Below, piece after piece: positions 1-9,511 of a stretch of DNA of 64,000 nt. The stretch is from Epithemia pelagica (lineage: Eukaryota; Protista; Bacillariophyta): positions 2,046,001 through 2,110,000 of the forward strand of contig OX337235.1 of the NCBI GenBank assembly GCA_946965045.2. Reading direction: 5' to 3'. A model generated the notes under the pieces. The model did no database searches. It was not told the DNA's origin and worked only from the letters and a program-made list of their open reading frames with translations. Both the position numbers and the translations under genes were made by a program. The first letter of the stretch is position 1. The number at the start of each line of letters is the position of its first letter.

Positions 1-190
1 CCTAACTCTAAAAACGAATGTTTACCCGAATGTCTGTCATTTTGCTATTCAGGCCTGAAAAAGTGAAATGACAGACTTTCGGGGTAGTTGTTTGACGGAG
101 TTTCAGGTAGCTTTTTGACAGACATTCGGAGTTTCAGGTAGCTTTTTGACAGACATTCGGGAAAACTTTTTATTTTTGTAGTATCTTCTA
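1..190. repeat. Fragment of a dispersed repeat family with multiple ccgaa(a/t)gtctgtca motifs in both orientations and a 31-bp tandem duplication
   Basis: Unit cggagtttcaggtagctttttgacagacatt occurs at 96-126 and 127-157. The motif is on + at ~26-40 and on - at ~68-82, ~117-129 and ~148-160. Bases 62-80 are the reverse complement of 10864-10882, and 1-12 (cctaactctaaa) recur at 63477-63488. Confidence 0.6.
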
Positions 191-339
191 TTTAAAATAC
201 AAAAAAATGTTCCCAACCAACATCATATCTACACATGATAGAGAGAATATTGCCTTTTAGTGTCTTGATTTCCCGTAATCAGACTGCTCGTTTGGACCCA
301 GCAATGATGGAAGCAACCACGCCAAGGAAGCAGCAAACA

Positions 340-640
340 ATCACCTACCAACTACTCGCTGCCAACGAACAACGAACAATGACAACACTCGGCAACAACA
401 ACAAAAACAACCCGCACGCAACAATCAACTACTCGCTGTCACCGAACCCAGTGCACGAGACTGTGCCCGTCAATGACAACAAGAAGCAACAACGACATGC
501 GGCGACTGCAGCAACGACATGCGACAAGACAGCAAGCGTCGACAACGACAGCGACAACAACAACATGCGGCTACAACAACGACAGCGACAACAACAACAT
601 GCGGCTACAACCACAAGAACAACATACTCAACAATCAACT
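340..640. repeat. CAA-rich low-complexity tract with a perfect 34-bp tandem duplication
   Basis: caacgacagcgacaacaacaacatgcggctacaa at 543-576 and 577-610, within (caa)n-rich sequence. Confidence 0.85.
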
Positions 641-1061
641 CCTCGTTTCTGCCCAACGGCAAAACAATCGGCGACGACGGCATGGCAACAGCACCATTCG
701 GCTGCTTCCGATAACACAGTTCGAGTGGAAGAAGGAGTGGACGCCGTAAACGAGAGCACCTTATCGAATCTTGACACTCTTACTGGATGGTGAAACAACA
801 ATAAACAAAAACAAAGACAAATGGATCGATGCAGGCAAAAGACAGGATGGTGAACGAGGATGGATGGACGAAACGATTGCCTACGAGTATGACACATACA
901 AGTATGTACAAAGCTAACTAGTACATGCTCTCACTCAATTAGTCATGTTCATACAAGTAGAGGAGGCGGGTTGATTGCTGTTGTGTTAGAGCCTCCTCGC
1001 CATGGTGTGTGTGAGGATAGTTTGCATATCTTGAGATTGAGCATCTCATTGATCGGTCGGT

Positions 1062-1213
1062 CCGCATCGTACCGCCCCGGTCAAGAAGGGACCGACGGAC
1101 GAACGCTGATCGAGTCATCGCACCCAAAGGAGTTCCTGGAAGAAGAGAGTGTGTTGGGACGGTCTTTGTGAAGACTGTCCCAACAAAGTTTCAACAATCA
1201 TAAATTGTTGGAA
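1062..1213 (+). repeat. Split direct repeat A1
   Basis: ccgcatcgtaccgccccgg...attgttggaa, identical to 9360-9511 except one base. Confidence 0.95.
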
Positions 1214-1336
1214 AGAAGATTTGTGAAGGTCATCGTTGGATTTGATCACCCTACGGTTCTTTACATTCTTCTTTCGCTTCGGTTTTTCTCCCTGTTCGAC
1301 CGTGCCATCCACCTCATCCTTGTCTGCGTTTGCGTG

Positions 1337-3654
1337 ATGTTTGAGTGGGCAAGTACTCCGGATTCTTTGCCCTCCGTGGGGTCGTCAGGTGAGTCTGCTG
1401 TTTCTGTGACCGGGGGGGGGACCCTTCGTTCGGGTTCTCTCTTCGGTGTTGTTCGTATCGAACAAGATACCTTTGAGGCGTCTTGTCGGGGATTTATCGG
1501 GGCAGGGCAGCGCGTGTGCATTCGTACGGATTGTTCCGTGGCATCACATGCTTCCAAGAAGCACGAGTGGAGTAAGTTAGTCGGTGACGATACCTCGGGT
1601 ATATTTATTCGCGGTGTCAGTGATTCTTCAAGTTCCGACGCTTCGGACGTTCTGTTTTGTCAACCGGTTCTTCAAGGCCACTACATTCGCACTCTGGATT
1701 GGAATGAAATGGAGTTAAGAGTTGGCAAGCAACGTTTGCATCACTCAAGCACGCGTCCTCCGAGTCGGGTGAAGGTGTGGATCTAACAACTGCAGCCAAA
1801 GTCATGGAAAACACTAAGGCTGAAGTGAAGTTTGTGGCTATGACGCCCAACCCCAAGCGCAAGAAACGGGGACATCAAATGTTGGTGGAATCGGTTTCTA
1901 GTGAAGATGAAGATGAGATGGGCGTCAAGAGTTCCTCAGTCGCTACTCCTCAGAAAAGACGTGTAGTTCCGTGGAAGGCTGTCCCTGAGGACATCGGCAA
2001 GGATCAGCCTACACCTACTGTCAAAGTGTTGCAAGGTGGGGCTTGGACTAATTTAGTTACCAATGTCAACACGTTGCGTGAGGAACATGAGAAGGAGGGA
2101 CAGGAAAGGGTAGTTCTGGAATCGACGCTGGACGGTGAAATCGAGAGGCTGCATGTGAAACTTTCGGTGATCCATGCTTTGTTGGGAGAGAGGTCCGAAG
2201 ATTTTGGCACTCAGTCTGCTTTTGAAGTCTTGACACATTGTATGTCAACTGTGCGCGCTCTCCAAGGTTTGGTGGCCAAGCGACTGGAAGCACCTCTGGA
2301 TGCGGGTTTCTTGAACAGGTTAGAGGAATTGGATCGAAAAATCGAACAAGCTGTGGCCTCTTCCAAGACGATGGTGCAAGAACGGTTGGATGATTTCTTT
2401 GCTGACCACAGTGACTTCCGTAAGCAGTTTGTTAACCCAACCTTGCAACTTCTCGCGCGTTCCACGACGGATAAGACTGATCCAGGCGGAAAGTGGGCCG
2501 AGACGCTTGCCAACCTCAAAACCAGGATCGAGAAAGTTGAGCAAGGTGGTGGAGGTCACCCAGTACATTCTGGTTCGGCTACCGCAAAGCCGCAGGGAGT
2601 CTCTTTTGGATGGCCCACGAGTTCGGTCTCCTCCGGAGGATGGTCCACCCAAGCAAGTTCTGATGGAAACCAATCGCAGTGGATTCAAGGAGAGTTCCAA
2701 CGAATGAAAGAGGAAATCAATGAACTCAAGACCAGTATGAGAGATCTCCAAGAACAATCGGAAACGGATGCTATTGTTGTTGGATCGATAGTTTTCCCCT
2801 CTCGCGGCTTTTGTGTGTCGTGGATGGCGCGTCATGCGGTCGAAGCAGACCCGCATGTGTTTGTGGACGCTGTATCGTTGTTGTCTCTAGCCACATCGGA
2901 TGTGAGCTTGGACGAAGAACGCGCGGCAAATCTGCGGGCAACCACAGCCAAGGTTCGTGATAAGACGCCGCATCACACCGCATATATCGCGTCGTTTAGC
3001 CTGGAAGTACCACCATTGCTTGGAAAAGGCGTGGACCAGTCGTTGACCACTAACTCAAGAGCTTTGGGAGGAGTACCGAAATTTGAAGACTTTCATCCGC
3101 CGTCTGGTCGCGAAGGAATACACCAACGCATTCTGGACCATGTTAAGGATGGGCGCAGGACCTTGGAACAAGCGATCGGCGACCTGTTTGCGTTTGGAAC
3201 CGAGCCGGCTAGTGTCGCTCATGAATTGCTTTTGCAGAGCAAAACATTTTGGGACGACCTGTGCCACTGGATCATCAGGTATCATCAGCAAGTTCAAGCA
3301 GAAAGCGAGGCAAGTTGTCAAGAAGTGTGGATACTTATCTCACACTGCGTCCGAGCAGTCTTTCGAAGCTTGCGTGAAGCCAGGGCCCCAGGTCGAGCCA
3401 CAAACACTCCTGCTGGGATGCTTTGGGGCACTTTGAGGGCCCATGAAGTTATGAAAGAATACAGGCAAGCAGATTTCAGCGGACATCCGAAGATAGCCCT
3501 CATTCTTCATGAGCATCTGATCCGTTTTGCCACGCCGAGATCCAAGTTCTCTGCTTTGAAGGTTGGGTTGGAAGAACGCATGGACAAGTTACAACGCTCT
3601 GTAAACTCGGCAGTTGCGGCTTCGAACAAAGGCGGAGGAAAGAAAAATGCGTGA
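1337..3654 (+). CDS. gag: Gag-like protein of the YR retrotransposon; frame change near 1707-1709
   Basis: ATG 1337 opens a frame with a C-x10-C-x4-C-x4-H motif (1484-1549). A second frame is open from 1708 (NGVKSWQATFASLK...) to TGA 3652-3654 and contains coiled-coil segments. Adding one A in the run at 1707-1709 joins them into a 772-aa ORF. Confidence 0.75.
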
Positions 3655-3666
3655 GATGAAAGAGTT

Positions 3667-6600
3667 GTGAAATCACGGGAGGTTCGAAAAAGAAAGGCCG
3701 GGCAGAGGGTTAGCGATGTGGCGATGCGGAAGGAAAAGGTTGGAGAAGTATTTGATGTTGTGATGGCGAAGGATAATTGTTATGTAGAAAGAAATTCGCC
3801 TTGCAACTCGCAAACTGGAGTGGAAGAGCGGAAGATTACTCGTTTGCAAGTAGGACAAGGTAATTGTCGAGTCGGATTGGCGAGCGGAGGGACACCCTTT
3901 TGGTTTTGGGCCGTCTCTTCGCTCGGTCAAATACAGTGGATTGATGTTCCAGAGGGACATTTGCATAATGGCGAAACGGGCTCGGAAGGATGGAGTCAAA
4001 TGGCGATAGGACAAGAAGGAAAACGTACAAGAAATCGGGGATGCAAGAAGGCACGGATCTCATACACTGCCCCTCAAGCTTGGGACAAACGGTCTGATGT
4101 GGATGTAGTCCTGTTTGATGGAGGATTGTCTCCTGGTCCAAGGCATCCCGTGTGGAAGATGGAGTCGGTGAAGGTGGTGTGTTGGATAGGAGGGAGAAAG
4201 GGCGCAGGACCGTACGACAAGTCCCGATGGAACACGACGGTGATGCGTCTTTCTCATGATGAGTTGGGTGGTGTTACAACACAAGTGTCCATGATACATG
4301 TGGCGGAGCGTTCTGATGGTTCGACCAGAACACGGTTCGTTGATTGTTGGAGAAATTACATCGAAGGAGGTTTGAGGAAAACAACAATGAGTGGCGTTGT
4401 GGATTGTACGGTCCATGGTCGACAATGCAAGGCGCCTCCGAGATACGAGCCGGGAGTTCACGAGAGAACCGTGATGGAGCGAAAGTTACATTGGAAAACT
4501 GACCAGTCTCGGGAGCATGTTTTGCCTTGCGTGTTTTCAAGGACTGATTGGGTGCAGAGAAAGTTGTCGTCACGAGAACTGGCAGTGGCGCTTGATTTTC
4601 CTGCAGAGTTGCACAAACAAGCAACAGATGAGGAATTGAGTTGTTGGATTCAAGAATTGAAGGTCCCATTCAAGTGCAGAGTCCAAGTGGCGATGTCACT
4701 GAAGGAATGGATGAGAGAAGAGGAAGATGGGGACGATGGTAGAATAGGAGAATCTAAAAAAGGAGTTAGTCCCATTGTTTGCCGTGGAAAAGAAGAAGAC
4801 GAGTTCGATGAATCACGAATGACGGAAACCGAAGCATTGTTGTCGGTTCCTGACGGTGATGAAGGAGTCGGATCTCTTAACATAGAGGAACGACGTGAGG
4901 ATAGAAACCTCAAGGCAACAAAATCGGATGACGCGGCTATTCCAACTTACCTTTGGGATGACCGGATTTGTGACAAACTAGGGATTCGAGACGTGAAGAA
5001 ACAAGCACAATGTGTCAAGGCTCTGGAGGTCATCCGACGGGGAGCCCTTAGATATTGGAAGCGTCTTGTTTGCTCGGATTTCTGGCGTTGGTGGCGATAC
5101 CAACGATTTGATATTGACGAGAGTGAGGATAAGAGTCGCAAGGAACGCACGATCGCAGCGGGATTGAGTGCTCTAGCACACGCTTCGGAGGCATCGTGGT
5201 GGGACTGGGACAAGGGTTCATCACCCTTCTTCTGGAGAATCCCAGATGCACAATGGCTTCAAGAAATGCGCGATGGAGTCCCTCCGATGTGGATTGGAGA
5301 TCCACCGGCATATAGACGGAGACAGAAAGCAAATCCGGATGAGAAACAAAGAGCGTTTGAAACAAAGAAGCTCGCCAAGGTTCGACGTCGCGGATACATT
5401 GCCCCCACGAATGGCATAAAGTCACTTACGAGTTTCTTTTCCGTTCCCAAGGGCGAAGATGATATTCGGATGGTGTATGACGGAACCAAGAGTGGACTTA
5501 ACGCCGCTCTATTTGCGCCTTGGTTCGGCTTGGGAAATGTTACGTCAATGTTGAGGACGGTAGAATCGAAAACTTGGTCGGCCGACAACGATTTTGGCGA
5601 AATGTTTTTAAATTTCTGGTTGCACCCTGATTTGCGAGCTTACACAGGAATTGACATTACCGAGTTGTTTCCTGACGAACTCAAGGCTAAGTTTGGTCGA
5701 ACACGTCTTTGGGAAGCCTGGTCTCGTTGCGCAATGGGGTTGACCACATCTCCATACCAGGCTACTCAAAATGCACAACGAGTAAAGCGTCTTATATTTG
5801 GAGACAGGTTAGATCCGACGAACATTTTCGGTTGGGCTGACGTGCGATTAAACTTACCAGGTGATTCGGATTATGATCCGAGTCTGCCGTGGATTCGCAA
5901 GATTCGCGGGAACGGCGATATTGCGGCAGATGTCCATCCATATGTGGACGATCTGAGGGAGACAGCCCCTACGGAGGAAGAGGCCTGGTTGGCTGCGAGC
6001 AAGATGGCCAAGGGGGCGGCATACTACGGACTGCAGGATGCTGCACGGAAAAGGCGACCACCCAGTAGAACCCCCGGTGCATGGGCGGGAGCTGTGGTGG
6101 GAACGGACGAGAGGGGACAAGTATTCAAGACGGTGTCCCAGGAGCGTTGGAACAAAACGCGAGGTCATATAGCGACGTTGAGGAAATGGGCAGAGTCGGA
6201 TCAAAAGATCAACAGAAAAGAGCTCGAGCGAGTGAGAGGATTCTTGGTTTATGTGTCGTTGACCTTCGATACAATGGTACCTTACCTGAAGGGAATCCAT
6301 CACACGTTGGAGTCTTGGCGAGATGATCGCGATGAGGAAGGATGGCGATTGCCCGAGAAAGATCGACGAAAGCGGAAACATAGCGAGAGCCAAGAGTCAA
6401 ATGTCCCGCCAAAGGAGGTTGTCCAATCTCCAAGATTCAAAAGTGATGTGGCGGCGTTGAGTAATTTGACGAAAGATGAAACACCGCCAAGGATTCAGGC
6501 TCGTCCAATTGCGGGAGCGAAAGTGGCGATTGTATTTGGTGATGCTTCTGGCGAGGGTTTTGGATCCTCGCTGTGGCTGTACGGGGCAAATATAGTGGAG

Positions 6601-7476
6601 ACAGAGCACGGACTGTGGACGCGAGAGTATGGCTCTCGTTCGTCGAACTATCGCGAATTGTGTAACCTTGTGTTGCGTTTGGAAGCCTTGATTGACGATG
6701 GCACAATTCCAAGTGGCGCTGAAGTGTTTGTTTTCACTGATAATTCGACCGCGGAGTCAGCATTCTATAAAGGCACATCGTCATCTCGACTGCTGTTTGA
6801 TCTTGTGCTCAGAACAAAACGTTTGGAAATGTTGGGAAGGATATTTGTTCGGGTCATTTGGGTTGCTGGAACCCGAATGATAGAACAAGGAACGGATGGT
6901 CTGTCTCGTGGGGATCTGATGACGGGCGTGATGGCCGGGGGGAACATGCTCATGTATGTTCCACTCAATAAAACGGCCGAGGAGAGACAAACCGGTTTAG
7001 TAGATTGGCTGAAAAGTATCGCTCCGTCCATGAATTGGAAGGAGCTTACAGCAAAGGATTGGTTCGATAGAGCTTTTGAGGATGATAACTTTGTTTGGAT
7101 GCCGCCGCCAGCCATTGCTGATGTTGCCGTGGACCAGTTGTGTGAATCACGACACATCCGCACACGAACCGGCCACATTTTCGTCTGCCCTGCCCTGATG
7201 ACGAATAGGTGGCGAAAAAAGCTGGGAAAAGTGGCGGATTGCGTTTTTACTGTGCCAGTGGGAAGTGAATTGTGGAGTAAATCTCAACATGAACCTTTGA
7301 TTGTTGCTTTTGTTTGCCCCTTTTTGCACAGGCGTCCGTGGCAAGTCAAACGGGCAAAATCAGTATTGGACCAAGTGGACCGGGAACTGCAAGAGATGTG
7401 GTCATCCGGTGCTTCCTCTGTGCGGGATTGTTTGCGCAAACTTTGGTTGTACAAGGGGGACGAGCAAGACTTGTAA
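3667..7476 (+). CDS. pol: Pol: putative degenerate C5-MTase-like N-terminal domain + reverse transcriptase + RNase H + DAM-methyltransferase-like remnant
   Basis: RT motifs FFSVPKG..IRMVYD and YVDD (5941-5952). RNase H motifs FGDASG (6535-6552), FTDNS and GTDGLSRG. C-terminal WMPPP (7096) and FVCPALMTNRW resemble the DIRS MT domain. Starts at GTG; first ATG at 3724. Confidence 0.92.
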   Translation: MKSREVRKRKAGQRVSDVAMRKEKVGEVFDVVMAKDNCYVERNSPCNSQTGVEERKITRLQVGQGNCRVGLASGGTPFWFWAVSSLGQIQWIDVPEGHLHNGETGSEGWSQMAIGQEGKRTRNRGCKKARISYTAPQAWDKRSDVDVVLFDGGLSPGPRHPVWKMESVKVVCWIGGRKGAGPYDKSRWNTTVMRLSHDELGGVTTQVSMIHVAERSDGSTRTRFVDCWRNYIEGGLRKTTMSGVVDCTVHGRQCKAPPRYEPGVHERTVMERKLHWKTDQSREHVLPCVFSRTDWVQRKLSSRELAVALDFPAELHKQATDEELSCWIQELKVPFKCRVQVAMSLKEWMREEEDGDDGRIGESKKGVSPIVCRGKEEDEFDESRMTETEALLSVPDGDEGVGSLNIEERREDRNLKATKSDDAAIPTYLWDDRICDKLGIRDVKKQAQCVKALEVIRRGALRYWKRLVCSDFWRWWRYQRFDIDESEDKSRKERTIAAGLSALAHASEASWWDWDKGSSPFFWRIPDAQWLQEMRDGVPPMWIGDPPAYRRRQKANPDEKQRAFETKKLAKVRRRGYIAPTNGIKSLTSFFSVPKGEDDIRMVYDGTKSGLNAALFAPWFGLGNVTSMLRTVESKTWSADNDFGEMFLNFWLHPDLRAYTGIDITELFPDELKAKFGRTRLWEAWSRCAMGLTTSPYQATQNAQRVKRLIFGDRLDPTNIFGWADVRLNLPGDSDYDPSLPWIRKIRGNGDIAADVHPYVDDLRETAPTEEEAWLAASKMAKGAAYYGLQDAARKRRPPSRTPGAWAGAVVGTDERGQVFKTVSQERWNKTRGHIATLRKWAESDQKINRKELERVRGFLVYVSLTFDTMVPYLKGIHHTLESWRDDRDEEGWRLPEKDRRKRKHSESQESNVPPKEVVQSPRFKSDVAALSNLTKDETPPRIQARPIAGAKVAIVFGDASGEGFGSSLWLYGANIVETEHGLWTREYGSRSSNYRELCNLVLRLEALIDDGTIPSGAEVFVFTDNSTAESAFYKGTSSSRLLFDLVLRTKRLEMLGRIFVRVIWVAGTRMIEQGTDGLSRGDLMTGVMAGGNMLMYVPLNKTAEERQTGLVDWLKSIAPSMNWKELTAKDWFDRAFEDDNFVWMPPPAIADVAVDQLCESRHIRTRTGHIFVCPALMTNRWRKKLGKVADCVFTVPVGSELWSKSQHEPLIVAFVCPFLHRRPWQVKRAKSVLDQVDRELQEMWSSGASSVRDCLRKLWLYKGDEQDL

Positions 7477-8878
7477 AGGCATTTGGCACGCCAAATGTTA
7501 TCGGCAATTATCGGAAGATCAGTTCCCAGTGTACGAACCAGGAGATCTGGACGATGCTTTGTTGGATAGTGAATTGAATTGCGAGATGGCAGATGATGAG
7601 GGAAGGTTTCAAGAGGCGAGAATCGGGGACGACTTGATGTGCACTTTTCAGTGCGACGAATGCAGCTTCTTCAATCTGCAAGGCCGATATCCCTTCATGG
7701 CTAAAGAATCGGACAAGCTGCTCATGTTGTGCATTCGGAGAGCGACATTGGATGCGTTCTGGTCCCGAGAAAGAGCAACTGTGGACAAGAACTGGCGAGA
7801 GATGAAAAGTCTGATAGCAACAGGCGAGGCCATGGGCATGGAGCATCCTTTGCCTTCCAGGGGGCCGTGCCCAACGACAGATGAACAAGGACTTAATGTT
7901 GCTTGTTTGATGTTGATGAAGACTCTCAATCAAGGCCGCAACTCACGACACATCCAGTTTGAGTCGGCTCGAAAAGTGAGGTCGGTTGTCTCCAATTTCT
8001 ATCACACTCTCCCAGGAGGAACAGGGCTTGCAACGGTGGGACAGGGAGAAAGAGGTGGATTGTTTTTCAGTGCTAGTACCACCAATAGTCATTGGTACAA
8101 AAGATTCATGACAGGCTGTCATCGAAGGATGGGAGATGTCTGGATTCCAGACCAAGCCACGACGGTGGATGAAGTCAAGGCCGGCCTGGAAATATTGGAG
8201 GAGGAATGGCAAGGTGGAGCGAAAGGCGCTCGTAAAACAGAACTAGCTTTGACTGGAGCTTTGGTAATTGCTGGATTTGTTGCGGCGCTTCGAGGTGAGG
8301 AAATTCCGCAAATAGACGTCGGACTCATGCAAAAATATTGGCAGGAAGGTCTGGATTATTCTCGGAAGAAGCATGTTCCATTGGCGCTTGCGGGTCGATT
8401 CAAGCAGACGAATGGCACCTTTAGGATTTACATCCACCCGTTGGCAGATGAAACTGCATCTGGAGTCAAGGTCAGGTTGTGGTTTGAACGCGCGATACGA
8501 TGCTTAAACGACAGCAAGATCGTGTCGGGTCCAATGTTTCGAGTTACCAAACGTAAGGGACAGATCGCTCGAGCATCGGTGGGGGATTTGGATGTGCTGT
8601 TCCACGATTTATGGAAGCGTATCCAACATCGGCGGCCACATCTTATCGCGGAATCTACAAAGATAGAAGAGGCATACAGCGTGAGAAGATCCTTGAGACG
8701 AGGTGCAACCACAGAAGCCCAGAACAGGGGAATTCCGACAGACGTACTAGAGGCCAACAACCGGTGGAGGAAACACTTACGAGGAAGAGGAGTACTGCCC
8801 AATATGTCTATGGTGGAACGATACTCTGATGCCAAAGCGTCGGTTGAGACGCTGGTTCGATTTTCGGAATTGATGTAA
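7301..8878 (+). CDS. Tyrosine recombinase with Cys/His-rich N-terminus (probably translated from a spliced mRNA joining 1388 to 7332)
   Basis: Catalytic-type segments ALRGEE, GRFKQ, RSLRRGATT, NRWR and ERYSD. N-terminal CKRC...CANFGC...C..IWHAKC and CTFQCDEC. No ATG until 7586. Overlaps the 3' end of pol. Confidence 0.9.
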   Translation: MLLLFAPFCTGVRGKSNGQNQYWTKWTGNCKRCGHPVLPLCGIVCANFGCTRGTSKTCKGIWHAKCYRQLSEDQFPVYEPGDLDDALLDSELNCEMADDEGRFQEARIGDDLMCTFQCDECSFFNLQGRYPFMAKESDKLLMLCIRRATLDAFWSRERATVDKNWREMKSLIATGEAMGMEHPLPSRGPCPTTDEQGLNVACLMLMKTLNQGRNSRHIQFESARKVRSVVSNFYHTLPGGTGLATVGQGERGGLFFSASTTNSHWYKRFMTGCHRRMGDVWIPDQATTVDEVKAGLEILEEEWQGGAKGARKTELALTGALVIAGFVAALRGEEIPQIDVGLMQKYWQEGLDYSRKKHVPLALAGRFKQTNGTFRIYIHPLADETASGVKVRLWFERAIRCLNDSKIVSGPMFRVTKRKGQIARASVGDLDVLFHDLWKRIQHRRPHLIAESTKIEEAYSVRRSLRRGATTEAQNRGIPTDVLEANNRWRKHLRGRGVLPNMSMVERYSDAKASVETLVRFSELM

Positions 8879-9289
8879 GAGAAGGAAAAATGAAGCAGAG
8901 GTTGAGGATACGGATGAATATTGAAGAGAGGAACGACCACACGGGGTGAAGACTCGACTGCACTACCTAGTGGTGTATGTCCAGGTCGCTTATTGTCTGT
9001 CAGCTTGACTGTGGAAGAGGAGGGGGTTGTTCTCCGAGTTGGTTGCTTGGGGGTGGCACTCCACAGCAGCTGACTACTGTATTACTGCGAAGAGATTTCG
9101 AGAGTACAGACTCACTTGTGAGTAAAAGGAGGATGGCTCACTGCTTGGACACACGCTCGCCCTCAGCAAACGCGTACTGATCAGAATCTGGAGTTCTGGC
9201 AGCGCGGCGCGATTCCGGATCCCTCCCTAAACGGGATTGATGGGTGGGGGGCCTATACCCCCCCAGTGTTGGTTAAGTACTTAATTATA

Positions 9290-9511
9290 ATATTTATCAA
9301 TGAGCAAGTGAGTCAGGAACGACGAGGATTGCGATGTGAGGAAAAGTGAGGATCAAGTACCGCATCGTACCGCCCCGGTCAAGAAGGGACCGACGGACGA
9401 ACGCTGATCGAGTCATCGCACCCAAAGGAGTTCCTGGAAGAAGAGAGTGTGTTGGGACGGTCTTTGTGAAGACTGTCCCAACAAAGTTTCAACAATCATA
9501 TATTGTTGGAA
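9290..9511 (+). repeat. Internal B1-A2 junction (copy of the circular junction)
   Basis: B1 9290-9361 runs directly into A2 9360-9511, sharing the dinucleotide CC. Confidence 0.93.

Noticed and set aside
235-897. Overlapping ORFs of 76-159 aa in several frames
   Set aside because: By-products of a CAA-rich low-complexity tract with few stops; no domain signal.
9207-9285. Possible HDV-like or hammerhead ribozyme before B1
   Set aside because: P3/P4-like hairpins exist, but I could not form P1/P2 or find the catalytic C-x-A-A strand or a CUGAUGA/GAAA core.
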